Shown: positions 1 through 9,229 of the stretch, in pieces | Layout of the letters: the number at the start of each line of letters is the position of its first letter | Position numbering within the stretch: position 1 is the stretch's first letter | From: Actinomycetales bacterium | Lineage (GTDB): Bacteria; Actinomycetota; Actinomycetes; Actinomycetales; CAVURS01 | Direction: 5' to 3' | Assembly: GCA_045807245.1 (NCBI GenBank) | Contig: JBJMHS010000054.1 | Location: 1 to 48,431, forward strand | DNA: 48,431 nt | Program-made: the position numbers and the translations under genes | Notes under the pieces: generated by a model | What the model saw: the letters and a program-made list of their open reading frames with translations, nothing else | The model's database searches: none | What the model was told of the DNA's origin: nothing

Positions 1-1868
1 CCGCCCTTCTCGTACGCCGCCCAGTCCCGCGGGCGGTACTGGTACTTCTCGTTGTCGATGTACTCCTCGGCCCCGGGCCGGGCCACGTGCTCGTACAGCT
101 CGTACCCGGCGTACACGCCCCAGCTCGGCGACGCCATGGCCGCGAGCACAGCGCGCAGCCGGAACGCCGTCGGCCCGCCGTATTGGAGGAACTCGGTGAG
201 GATGTCCGGGGTGTTGACGAAGAAGTTCGGGCGGAAGTAGGCCGCCGAGTCGCCGGAGACCTCGCGCAGGTACTCCTCGACCTCCCACTTGGCGTTGCGC
301 CAGGTGAAGTAGGTGTACGACTGCTGGAACCCGACCTTGGCGAGCGTGGCCATCATGGCCGGGCGGGTGAACGCCTCGGCCAGGAAGATGGCCTCCGGTT
401 CCTCGGCCATGACCTGGCCGAGGAGCCGCTCCCAGAACTCGACCGGCTTGGTGTGCGGGTTGTCGACGCGGAAGATCTTGACGCCGTGCGACATCCAGAG
501 ACGAACGATGCGCAGCACCTCGGCGTACAGCCCCCCGGGGTCGTTGTCGAAGTTGACCGGGTAGATGTCCTGGTACTTCTTGGGCGGGTTCTCGGCGTAC
601 GCGATCGAGCCGTCGACGCGCGTGGTGAACCACTCGGGGTGGTCGGTGGCCCACGGGTGGTCCGGGGCACACTGCAGCGCAAGGTCGAGCGCCACCTCCA
701 GGCCCAGCTCCTGCGCCCGGGCGACGAAGGCGTCGAAGTCGGCGAACGTGCCGAGGTCCGGGTGGATCGTGTCGTGGCCGCCGTCCGACGAGCCGATCGC
801 CCAGGGCGACCCGGGGTCCTGCGGCCCCGGGTCGAGCGTGTTGTTCGGGCCCTTGCGGTTGACCCGCCCGATCGGGTGGATGGGCGGGAGGTAGACGATG
901 TCGAACCCCATGTCCGCGACGGCGGGCAGGCGCTTCATCGCCGTCGTGAACGTGCCCGAGTGCCAGGTGCCCTTGTCGTCCCGCCGTGCACCCTCGGAGC
1001 GCGGGAAGAACTCGTACCAGGAGGAGTAGAGCGAGCGCTCGCGCTCCACCCGCAACCGCAGCGGGTCGCTGGACGTGACCATGTCGCGCAAGGGGCGCTG
1101 GGCCAGCTCGCGCTCCACCTGCACCGACGTCGCGGCCGCGAGCCGCACCTGAGCGGGCCGGCCGGGGTCCTCCAGCGCCGTCACCGCGTCCAGCAGGGGC
1201 CGGGCCTGCGCGGGCGTCCGCTTGACCTGGGCCACCGCTCGTCGCAGCAACACAGCGCCCTCGGCCAGCATGAGCTCGGTGTCCACGCCGGCAGCGACCT
1301 TGATCGTGGCGTCGTGCTCCCACGTCGCGTACGGGTCGCTCCAGCCCTCGACGGTCAGGGACCAGTTGCCCATCGCGTCGGGGACGACCGTGCCGCCCCA
1401 CCGGTCCAGCCCGGGGCCGAGCGAATGCATCGGTGCGGAGATGCGCTGACCGTCCGGGCCGGTGAGCACGGCGGTCGCGTTGACGGCCCCGTGACCCTCG
1501 CCGAACACCGTCGCGGTGACCGGCACCTCCTCGCCGACGACGGCCTTGGCCGGCCAGCGGCCGCAGTCCACGCACGGCTGCACGTTGAGCACCGGGATCC
1601 GGCCGGCTCGGGTGCGCGGACCGGTCAACGGCTCGGGGGGCTCTGGAGGCTCGGGGGCCTTGCCAGCCGGCGGAGCAGCCGGCACTGCGGCCGGCGGAGC
1701 GGGCGGGGCGGCGGGTCCGGTCTCGGTCCGCGCGGCTCGTTTGGCCGGCGCTTCCCGGGCCGCCGCCGCCTTGCTCGCCGCGGCCGCCACGGCGGCTGTG
1801 GTGTCCTGGCGCCCCGAAGAGGCGGGGCGGGCGCGCTTGCCGGCGCGCTTTCCGCTCGAGGGCGTCAC
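1..1868 (-). CDS. glgE: alpha-1,4-glucan:maltose-1-phosphate maltosyltransferase GlgE (3' end runs off the window)
   Basis: Not in the ORF track; translated by hand from GTG at 1868. Motifs GRIPVLNVQPCV..RWPAKAVVGEE, SSWYEFFPRSEGA, AYAENPPKKYQDIYP, EEYIDNEKYQYRPRDW. Lies next to glgP/glgX. Confidence 0.95.
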   Translation of the reverse strand, partial: MTPSSGKRAGKRARPASSGRQDTTAAVAAAASKAAAAREAPAKRAARTETGPAAPPAPPAAVPAAPPAGKAPEPPEPPEPLTGPRTRAGRIPVLNVQPCVDCGRWPAKAVVGEEVPVTATVFGEGHGAVNATAVLTGPDGQRISAPMHSLGPGLDRWGGTVVPDAMGNWSLTVEGWSDPYATWEHDATIKVAAGVDTELMLAEGAVLLRRAVAQVKRTPAQARPLLDAVTALEDPGRPAQVRLAAATSVQVERELAQRPLRDMVTSSDPLRLRVERERSLYSSWYEFFPRSEGARRDDKGTWHSGTFTTAMKRLPAVADMGFDIVYLPPIHPIGRVNRKGPNNTLDPGPQDPGSPWAIGSSDGGHDTIHPDLGTFADFDAFVARAQELGLEVALDLALQCAPDHPWATDHPEWFTTRVDGSIAYAENPPKKYQDIYPVNFDNDPGGLYAEVLRIVRLWMSHGVKIFRVDNPHTKPVEFWERLLGQVMAEEPEAIFLAEAFTRPAMMATLAKVGFQQSYTYFTWRNAKWEVEEYLREVSGDSAAYFRPNFFVNTPDILTEFLQYGGPTAFRLRAVLAAMASPSWGVYAGYELYEHVARPGAEEYIDNEKYQYRPRDWAAYEKG

Positions 1869-1942
1869 ATGAAAACGCTATCGAGTCCGGTGCGTGGCGG
1901 CGACAGAGGCACTCGCGTGTCGATACGGCAGACTCCGCGGCC

Positions 1943-3199
1943 ATGGGACAACCCCAAGGTGAGCCGGGTCTGCCGACCCGCTGGCCGGACGCCGGTCACC
2001 GGGCCTGGCTGGCCGCGGAGGGTGCCCGGCTGCTCGCGTTCGGCCGGACGTCGATCGTGCCCGGCGACGGCTTCGGCTGGCTGGACCGCGACGGCCGGCT
2101 CGAGCTCGACCGGCCGGTCGCCACCTGGATCACGGCCCGGATGACCCACGTGTACGCGCTCGCTACGTTGCGCGGCGACCCTGACGGGCCCTCCCTGGTC
2201 GACCACGGCCTGGCGGCGCTGGCCAGTCCCTTGCAGGACCACATGAACGGCGGCTGGTTCGAGGGGCGGGCCGACACGGACCGCAAGCTGGCCTACACGC
2301 ATGCCTTCGTCGTACTGGCTGCCAGCTCCGCCCACCTGGCCATGAGGCCAGGTGCCGAGGATCTGCTCGCAAGGGCGCTTTCCGTTGTGCGGCAACGGTT
2401 CCTGGACGCCCGACCGGGCGTCACCTGGGAGTCGTACGACGCGGACTGGAGCACTCGGGAGGACTACAGGGGCGCCAACAGCGCCATGCACCTGGTGGAG
2501 GCACTCCTCGCTGCGTCCGATGCCACCGAGGACCCGTTCTGGCGCAGCCAGGCCCTGGAGGTCGCACGCGACTACGTGCACGAGCAGGCTCCCACACACG
2601 CCTGGCTCATCCCTGAGCACCGCGCCCCGGACGGGTCGGTGCTCCCCGGGTTCAACGCCGAGCGCAAGGACGACCCGTTCCGGCCGTACGGCGCCACACC
2701 CGGCCACGCGTTCGAGTGGGCCCGGCTGCTGGTCTGCCTGGAGGCGGCGATGAACGGCGCCGGAGAGCCGGCGCCGAAATGGCTGGCGTCGGATGCGCGG
2801 CACCTGTTCGACGTCGCGACCGAGGTCGGATGGGCTGGTGACGGGACCGGCTTCGTCTACACCGTCGACTGGGACGGCCGTCCGGTCGTGCCGGCGCGGT
2901 TCCACTGGGTGCTCTGCGAGGCCATCGCCGCCGCCGCCGTGCTGTACCGGCGGACCGGCGAGTCGTCGTACGGGGACCGTTACGCCGAATGGTGGAACGT
3001 CGCCCGGGCCCGTTACATCGACGTGCAGGGGGGCAGCTGGTGGCACGAGCTGGCGCCGGACGGCCATCCCACTGCCCCGGACCGTGCGGTCTGGCCAGGC
3101 AAACCGGACATCTACCACGCCTACCAGGCGACGCTCGTGCCGGTCCAACCGCCAGGCGGGTCCCTGGCCGGTTCGCTGGCCGTACCCCCGCCGCTGTGA
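1943..3199 (+). CDS. AGE-family (N-acylglucosamine 2-epimerase/YihS-like) sugar isomerase/epimerase
   Basis: Motifs WITARMTHVY, AYTHAFVVLAAS, YRGANSAMHLVEA, PFRPYGATPGHAFEWARL, WPGKPDIYHA. Confidence 0.85.
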   Translation: MGQPQGEPGLPTRWPDAGHRAWLAAEGARLLAFGRTSIVPGDGFGWLDRDGRLELDRPVATWITARMTHVYALATLRGDPDGPSLVDHGLAALASPLQDHMNGGWFEGRADTDRKLAYTHAFVVLAASSAHLAMRPGAEDLLARALSVVRQRFLDARPGVTWESYDADWSTREDYRGANSAMHLVEALLAASDATEDPFWRSQALEVARDYVHEQAPTHAWLIPEHRAPDGSVLPGFNAERKDDPFRPYGATPGHAFEWARLLVCLEAAMNGAGEPAPKWLASDARHLFDVATEVGWAGDGTGFVYTVDWDGRPVVPARFHWVLCEAIAAAAVLYRRTGESSYGDRYAEWWNVARARYIDVQGGSWWHELAPDGHPTAPDRAVWPGKPDIYHAYQATLVPVQPPGGSLAGSLAVPPPL

Positions 3200-3206
3200 A
3201 CGTTCG

Positions 3207-3233
3207 CCTGCAAGATCTTGCTGCTTTTGCAGG
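3207..3233. promoter_or_regulatory. Palindromic operator upstream of glgP (CTTGCA-type, MalR-like)
   Basis: CCTGCAAGATCTTGCTGCTTTTGCAGG contains a perfect GCAAGATCTTGC palindrome and an outer CCTGCAA/TTGCAGG inverted repeat; AT-rich relative to its surroundings. Confidence 0.5.
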
Positions 3234-3287
3234 AAAACGGCAGGCACGGGCGTGTCGGCGGGCCGAATCCGGCTACGGTGCCTCCTC

Positions 3288-5864
3288 GTGAGAGCGATTC
3301 GCCGATTCAGCGTCCGCACGGTGCTGCCGGACCCCCTCGAACCCCTGGGCATCCTGGCCAGCAACCTGCGCTGGTCGTGGCATCCCCCCACGCGCGACCT
3401 GTTCGCCGAGCTGGACCCCAAGCGGTGGGAGCGGGTGCGACACGACCCGGTCGCGCTCCTGGGGGCGCACTCCTCGGACGAGCTGGACGCGCTTGCATCG
3501 GACCCGGCGTTCGTCGCGCGGGTGCAGGCGGCGGCGGACGACCTCGCGGCGTACTGCGACCAGCCGCGCTGGTACCAGGAGTGGGCGGCCGACCCGGCGC
3601 ACAACGCCCCGGCGGCGATCGGCTACTTCTCGCCGGAGTTCGGGATCACCGAGGTGCTGCCTCAGTACTCCGGTGGGCTGGGGATCCTGGCCGGCGACCA
3701 CCTCAAGGCGGCGTCCGACCTGGGTGTGCCCATCGTGGGTGTCGGCCTGTTCTACAAGACCGGCTACTTCAAGCAGTCGATCTCGCGGGACGGCTGGCAG
3801 CAGGAGACGTACCCGGTGCTCGACCCGGACGGTCTGCCGTTGACGCTGCTCCGCGAGGCCGACGGCACGCCCTGCGAGGTGGAGGTCGGCCTGCCCGGCG
3901 GGCGGCGCATCGTGGCCTACATCCGCAAGGCCCAGGTCGGCCGCGTGCCACTGCTGCTGCTCGACTCCGACGTCGAGGCGAACGACGACCAGGCCCGGCT
4001 GACGACCGACCGGCTCTACGGCGGCGGCGGCGAGCACCGGTTGCAGCAGGAGATGCTGCTCGGCATCGGTGGCGTGCGCGCGCTGCGGCTCTGGTCGCGG
4101 CTGACCGGCGCTCCGGCCCCCGAGGTCATGCACACCAACGAGGGGCACGCCGGGTTCCTTGGCCTCGAGCGGATCCGGGAGCTGGTCGAGGGCGACGGGA
4201 TGTCCTTCGACGAGGCCCTCGAGGCGGTGCGGGCGGCCACCGTGTTCACGACGCACACGCCGGTGCCGGCTGGCATCGACCGGTTCGGCGTGGACCAGAT
4301 CGAGCTGTACTTCGGTGGCGACAACTCGGTGCCCGGCGTTCCGGTCGGGCGCATCCTCGAGCTCGGTGCCGAGGACTACCCGGGCGGCGAGACCGGTGTC
4401 TTCAACATGGCTGTCATGGGTCTGCGCCTGTCGCAGCGCGCCAACGGCGTCTCGCAGCTGCACGGGGTCGTGAGCCGGCACATGTTCGACGGACTGTGGC
4501 CCGGCTTCGATGACCGTGAGGTGCCGATCACGAGCATCACCAACGGTGTTCACGCCCCCACCTGGTCTGACCGGCGGGTGCTCGAGCTGGCCGAGCGCCA
4601 TCTGGGCGACCAGCTCGACGACAGCTCGTTCCACCGGATCGGGGAGATCCCGGTCGGTGAGATCTGGGAGTGCCGGCGCACGATGCGCGACCAGCTGGTC
4701 CACGAAGCCCGCCGACGGGTCCGCTCGTCGTGGCTGAAGCGCGGGGCCAGCAAGGCCGAGCTCGGCTGGACGAGCGACATCCTCGACCCGGATGTCCTGA
4801 CCATCGGCTTCGCCCGGCGCGTGCCGACGTACAAGCGCCTCACCCTCATGCTGCGCGACCCGGAGCGGCTCAAGGCGTTGTTGCTGGACCCGGCCCGGCC
4901 GGTGCAGATCGTCATCGCCGGCAAGTCGCACCCGGCCGACGACACCGGCAAGACGCTGATCCAGCAGATGGTGAAGTTCGCCGACGACCCGGAGGTCCGG
5001 CACCGGATCGCGTTCCTGCCCAACTACGACATCGCCATGGCGCAGTACCTGTACGCCGGTTGCGACGTCTGGCTCAACAACCCGCTGCGTCCGTTCGAGG
5101 CGTGCGGGACGTCCGGCATGAAGTCCGCGCTCAACGGCGGCCTCAACCTGTCCATCCTCGACGGGTGGTGGGACGAGTGGTTCGACGGCGACAACGGCTG
5201 GGCCATCCCGACCGCCGACGGCGTCGAGGACCCTGACGCGCGGGACGACCTCGAGGCGGCGGCCCTGTACGACCTGATCGAGACGCAGGTGGCGCCGCGG
5301 TTCTACCACTGCGACGAGGCCGGACTGCCGACCCGCTGGCTCGAGATGGTCACGCACACGCTGTCGACCCTGGGCCCGAAGGTGCTGGCGACCCGGATGG
5401 TGCGGGACTACGTCGAGCGCCTGTATGCGCCGGCGACAGCGGCCGCCCGGTCGCTGAACGGCCCGAAGTACGTGGGCGCGCGCGAGCTCGCGGCGTGGAA
5501 GGCGGAGGTGCGGACCGCCTGGTCCGGCGTCCGGGTGGACCACGTGGAGTCCTCCGGCGTCAGCGACTCGCCGCAGGTCGGCGACGTGCTGCACGTCCGC
5601 GCGTTCGTGAACCTCGACGGCCTCGAGCCGGAGGACGTCGAGGTGCAGGTCGTCTACGGCCGGGTGAGCGAGGCGGACGAGATCGCGCCGGAAAGCTCAT
5701 CGGCCGACCTGGCGCACGCCGAGGCCTACGAGGGCGGTCGGCATCGGTTCGAAGGCGACCTGCGGCTCAGGCGCACCGGGTCGTTCGGGTACACCGTCCG
5801 GGTCCTGCCGCGGCACAGCGGGCTGGCGAGCAACGCCGAGCTCGGCCTGGTCGCGAACGCCTGA
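3288..5864 (+). CDS. glgP: alpha-glucan (glycogen) phosphorylase
   Basis: YFSPEFG, YSGGLGILAGDH, NEGH, FARRVPTYKR, EACGTSGMK. Start taken as GTG 3288 (VRAIRRF), not 2793 as in the ORF track. Confidence 0.97.
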   Translation: MRAIRRFSVRTVLPDPLEPLGILASNLRWSWHPPTRDLFAELDPKRWERVRHDPVALLGAHSSDELDALASDPAFVARVQAAADDLAAYCDQPRWYQEWAADPAHNAPAAIGYFSPEFGITEVLPQYSGGLGILAGDHLKAASDLGVPIVGVGLFYKTGYFKQSISRDGWQQETYPVLDPDGLPLTLLREADGTPCEVEVGLPGGRRIVAYIRKAQVGRVPLLLLDSDVEANDDQARLTTDRLYGGGGEHRLQQEMLLGIGGVRALRLWSRLTGAPAPEVMHTNEGHAGFLGLERIRELVEGDGMSFDEALEAVRAATVFTTHTPVPAGIDRFGVDQIELYFGGDNSVPGVPVGRILELGAEDYPGGETGVFNMAVMGLRLSQRANGVSQLHGVVSRHMFDGLWPGFDDREVPITSITNGVHAPTWSDRRVLELAERHLGDQLDDSSFHRIGEIPVGEIWECRRTMRDQLVHEARRRVRSSWLKRGASKAELGWTSDILDPDVLTIGFARRVPTYKRLTLMLRDPERLKALLLDPARPVQIVIAGKSHPADDTGKTLIQQMVKFADDPEVRHRIAFLPNYDIAMAQYLYAGCDVWLNNPLRPFEACGTSGMKSALNGGLNLSILDGWWDEWFDGDNGWAIPTADGVEDPDARDDLEAAALYDLIETQVAPRFYHCDEAGLPTRWLEMVTHTLSTLGPKVLATRMVRDYVERLYAPATAAARSLNGPKYVGARELAAWKAEVRTAWSGVRVDHVESSGVSDSPQVGDVLHVRAFVNLDGLEPEDVEVQVVYGRVSEADEIAPESSSADLAHAEAYEGGRHRFEGDLRLRRTGSFGYTVRVLPRHSGLASNAELGLVANA

Positions 5865-5891
5865 CCGGGCACCCGGAGGGAGCGCGCCGAC

Positions 5892-6224
5892 GTGGCCAAG
5901 GTGGTCGTCCTCGTCGCGGGGCTGGTCATGTTCGCCCTCGTCGCCGGCCTGATCTGGTACCTCGCGACGCGGTTCGAGCGAGCGGGCGCCCGGGTGGTCG
6001 AGCGGCCCTGGGTCTGGCGCGCTGGTGAGCTGACGCACCCGGGCGACGGCGCGCGTGTGGTCGTCGAACGCGTGACGGCGACCGAGCCGCCAGAGGTGCT
6101 GGAGACGCGGGACGTCGGCGTCGTCGAGGCGGGGTCACCCGACGCGCAGGAGCGGCTGGCCGACCTGCGGGCGCTCGCACAGGACCGGGCCCGGACCCTC
6201 AACGCGCAGGCGCAGCGGAGCTGA
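5892..6224 (+). CDS. Small hypothetical protein with N-terminal transmembrane helix
   Basis: GGAGGGAG RBS upstream, hydrophobic N-terminus, GC3-biased codons. Confidence 0.7.
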   Translation: MAKVVVLVAGLVMFALVAGLIWYLATRFERAGARVVERPWVWRAGELTHPGDGARVVVERVTATEPPEVLETRDVGVVEAGSPDAQERLADLRALAQDRARTLNAQAQRS

Positions 6225-6239
6225 CTGCGCTCACCCGGC

Positions 6240-8408
6240 TCAGCACACGCCGTACAGCTTGATGCTGGGTCCGGTCAGGGCCACGCTCGCGCCGGCTGGC
6301 CGGATCTCGTTGTCCCCGTTCGGTTTCGGTGTTGCCACGGTGCTGTCCCACAACAGCTCGTACGACGCGACGCCCGGCGGGGTGGGCAGCGTGACGGTGG
6401 TCTCGTCGCCGCCGTGGACGATGACGAGCAGTGACCCGCCACCGACGTCGCCCCCGTCGAGATGCATCTGCAGCGTGCGGACCTCGGTGTCGTTCCAACG
6501 GCCGGGGTCCATGCGGTGACCGTCGCGGCCATACCAGACCAGGTCGGTCGTGCCGTCCGAACGCCGGGGGTGGCCGGCGAAGAACTCGCGCGGGCGCAGG
6601 ACGGGGTGGGCGCGGCGCAGCGCGAAGACCTGGCGCGTCGTGGCCAGCACCTCTTTCTGCCAGGGAGCCAGATCCCAGTCGAGCCAAGAGGTCTCGTTGT
6701 CCTGGCAGTACGCGTTGTTGTTGCCCTGTTGGCTGCGCCCGAGCTCGTCGCCCGCGCAGATCATCGGTACGCCCGTGGACAGGGCCAGGGTGCCGGCCAG
6801 GTTGCGGATGGCCTGGTGCCGGCGGTCCAGCACCTCGACGTCGTCCGTGGCGCCCTCGACGCCGTGGTTCCACGACCGGTTGTCGTCGTGCCCGTCACGA
6901 TCGTGCTCGCCGTTCGCCTCGTTGTGCTTCCGGTCGTAGGCCGTGGTGTCAGCGAGGGTGAACCCGTCGTGCGAGGCGATGTAGTTGACCGAGGCCAGCG
7001 GCCCACGGTCCCGGGTGCCGAACAGGTCCTGGGAGCCGGCCAGCCGGGTGGCGACCTCGCGCACTCCGTGGCCGGTCTGTCCGGCTGCGTGGCGGGCGGC
7101 GTCGGCGAGCCAGAAGGTGCGGATGCAGTCGCGGTAGCGGTCGTTCCACTCGGCGAACGGCGGCGGGAACTGGCCGGTGCGCCAGCCGTGCTGACCGACG
7201 TCCCAGGGCTCGGCGATGAGCTTGACGCGGGACAGGACGGGGTCGGTCCGAAGCGCCATCAGGAACGGATGGTCGGGGTCGTAGGCGTCGTCGCGGCCGC
7301 GGGCCAGCGCGGTCGCGAGGTCGAACCGGAAGCCGTCGACATGCAGGTCCTGCACCCAGTGCCGCAAGGAGTCGAGCACCAGGCGCAAGGGCATCGGGTG
7401 GCGGAGGTCGAGCGTGTTGCCGCAACCCGTGACGTCGACGTCGTGTCCCTGCCAGTCGAGGCGGTAGTAGGCGCGGTTGTCCAACCCGCGCAACGACAGT
7501 GTCGCGCCGTCGGCGCCCTGCTCGCAGGTGTGGTTGTAGACCACGTCCAGGATCACCTCGAGGCCCGCCTCGTGGAGCAGCCGGACCATGCCCTTGAGCT
7601 CCTTGACCGCCTCGTGCGGTTCGCTCGCCGCGGCGTAGCGCGCGTGCGGTGCCATGAAGCTCAACGTGTTGTAGCCCCAGTAGTTGTGCCTGCCGCGCAG
7701 GGCCAGCGCCGGTTCGGTCACGAAGGCATGCACCGGCAGCAGCTCCACCGTCGTCACGCCGAGCCCGACGAGGTGGTCGATGACGTGCGCGTCGGCCAGG
7801 CCGGCGTAGGTGCCGCGCAGGTGCTCGGGGACGGCCGGGTGGCGGGCGGTGAGGCCCTTGACGTGGGCCTCGTAGATGACGGTGTCCGACCACGGCACCT
7901 GGGGGCGGTGGTCGTCGCCCCAGTCGAAGCCGTTGTCCAGGACCACCCCGCGGGGCACGTACGGTGCCGAGTCGCGGTCGTCGCGGAAGGCCGGGTCACC
8001 CCGCAGGTCGGCGCCGACCGTGTGCCCGAAGACCGCCGGCGTCCAGGTGACCCCACCCTCGACGGCCTGGGCGTACGGGTCCAGCAACAGCTTGGCGGCG
8101 TTGTGCCGGTGGCCGCGCTCCGGATCCCAGGGACCGTGGACGCGCAGCCCGTAGCGCTGTCCGGCGCGCACGTCCGGCACCCTGGCGAAGAACGTGCCAT
8201 GGGCCCGGTAGCCCAGCTCGACCCGCCGTTCACCGGTGGCAGCCTGGACGCCGGCGTCGATCGGTTCGGGGTCGATCGGTTCGGGGTCGAACAGGCAGAG
8301 CTCGACACCGTCGGCATGCCCGGCGTACACCGCGACGTCGGCACTACCGTCGTCGTGCAGTGTCACGCCCAGAGGTGGTGGCAGGTCCGTGGGTCCGGGC
8401 GTGGGCAC
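6240..8408 (-). CDS. glgX: Glycogen debranching enzyme
   Basis: KLLLDPYA, IYEAHVKG, NYWGYNT, DVVYNHT, DGFRFDLA, HDGFTL, QQGNNNAYCQDNE. Confidence 0.97.
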   Translation of the reverse strand: MPTPGPTDLPPPLGVTLHDDGSADVAVYAGHADGVELCLFDPEPIDPEPIDAGVQAATGERRVELGYRAHGTFFARVPDVRAGQRYGLRVHGPWDPERGHRHNAAKLLLDPYAQAVEGGVTWTPAVFGHTVGADLRGDPAFRDDRDSAPYVPRGVVLDNGFDWGDDHRPQVPWSDTVIYEAHVKGLTARHPAVPEHLRGTYAGLADAHVIDHLVGLGVTTVELLPVHAFVTEPALALRGRHNYWGYNTLSFMAPHARYAAASEPHEAVKELKGMVRLLHEAGLEVILDVVYNHTCEQGADGATLSLRGLDNRAYYRLDWQGHDVDVTGCGNTLDLRHPMPLRLVLDSLRHWVQDLHVDGFRFDLATALARGRDDAYDPDHPFLMALRTDPVLSRVKLIAEPWDVGQHGWRTGQFPPPFAEWNDRYRDCIRTFWLADAARHAAGQTGHGVREVATRLAGSQDLFGTRDRGPLASVNYIASHDGFTLADTTAYDRKHNEANGEHDRDGHDDNRSWNHGVEGATDDVEVLDRRHQAIRNLAGTLALSTGVPMICAGDELGRSQQGNNNAYCQDNETSWLDWDLAPWQKEVLATTRQVFALRRAHPVLRPREFFAGHPRRSDGTTDLVWYGRDGHRMDPGRWNDTEVRTLQMHLDGGDVGGGSLLVIVHGGDETTVTLPTPPGVASYELLWDSTVATPKPNGDNEIRPAGASVALTGPSIKLYGVC
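8256..8290. repeat. 15-bp in-frame tandem duplication in glgX (DPEPI-DPEPI-D)
   Basis: GTCGATCGGTTCGGG twice, plus GTCGA. Confidence 0.85.
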
Positions 8409-8446
8409 AGGCGTGAGTCTGTCGTACGGCGGCTAGGCTCGCGCGG

Positions 8447-9229
8447 GTGGCTGACTTCCTCTCCCTCGACGTCCAGGACGGCATCGGAACGATCCGCCTG
8501 GACCGCCCGCCGATGAATGCGCTCAACGCCGCGGTGCAGGACCGGCTGACCGAGGTGTGCGCCGAGATCCGTTCCCGTGCGGACGTCCGCGCGGTGGTGG
8601 TGTACGGCGGGGAGAAGGTGTTCGCGGCCGGCGCGGACATCAAGGAGATGCAGACCATGACGTACACCGACATGGTCGACCGCTCGACGGCGCTGCAGGG
8701 TTCCTTCACGGCGCTGGCCCTCCTCCCCGTGCCGACCGTCGCCGCGGTGACCGGGTATGCCCTCGGCGGTGGGTGCGAGCTCGCACTGGCGTGCGACTTC
8801 CGCGTCTGCTCCGCCGACGCGAAGCTGGGCCAGCCCGAGATCTTGCTGGGCGTGATCCCGGGCGCCGGTGGGACACAGCGCCTTTCGCGTCTGGTGGGGC
8901 CGTCGAGGGCCAAGGACATCATCTTCACGGGACGGTTCGTCGGAGCCCAGGAAGCACTGGCCATCGGCCTGGTCGACGAGGTCGTCGAGACGGCGGCCGA
9001 CGTGTACCCCGCGGCCCAGCGGCGGGCGGAGCGGTTCGTGAGCGGCCCGGCGTACGCACTGCGCGCGGCGAAGGAGGCCGTCGACCGCGGCCTCGAGACG
9101 GACCTGGCCACGGGCCTGGAGATCGAGCGGATGCAGTTCGCCGCGCTGTTCGCGACGCGGGACCGGGAGATCGGCATGACGTCGTTCGTGGAGAACGGGC
9201 CGGGCCAGGCTGTCTTCGAGGGACGGTGA
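8447..9229 (+). CDS. Enoyl-CoA hydratase/isomerase family protein
   Basis: FAAGADIKEM, GYALGGGCELALACD, GQPEILLGVIPGAGGTQRL. Confidence 0.95.
   Translation: MADFLSLDVQDGIGTIRLDRPPMNALNAAVQDRLTEVCAEIRSRADVRAVVVYGGEKVFAAGADIKEMQTMTYTDMVDRSTALQGSFTALALLPVPTVAAVTGYALGGGCELALACDFRVCSADAKLGQPEILLGVIPGAGGTQRLSRLVGPSRAKDIIFTGRFVGAQEALAIGLVDEVVETAADVYPAAQRRAERFVSGPAYALRAAKEAVDRGLETDLATGLEIERMQFAALFATRDREIGMTSFVENGPGQAVFEGR

Noticed and set aside
87..2144. 685-aa plus-strand ORF and many other long alternate-frame ORFs (e.g. 3273-5594, 6462-8516, 23206-25338, 32963-34714)
   Set aside because: Antisense or frame shadows of real genes, expected in high-GC DNA; Arg/Gly/Pro-rich with no recognisable motifs.
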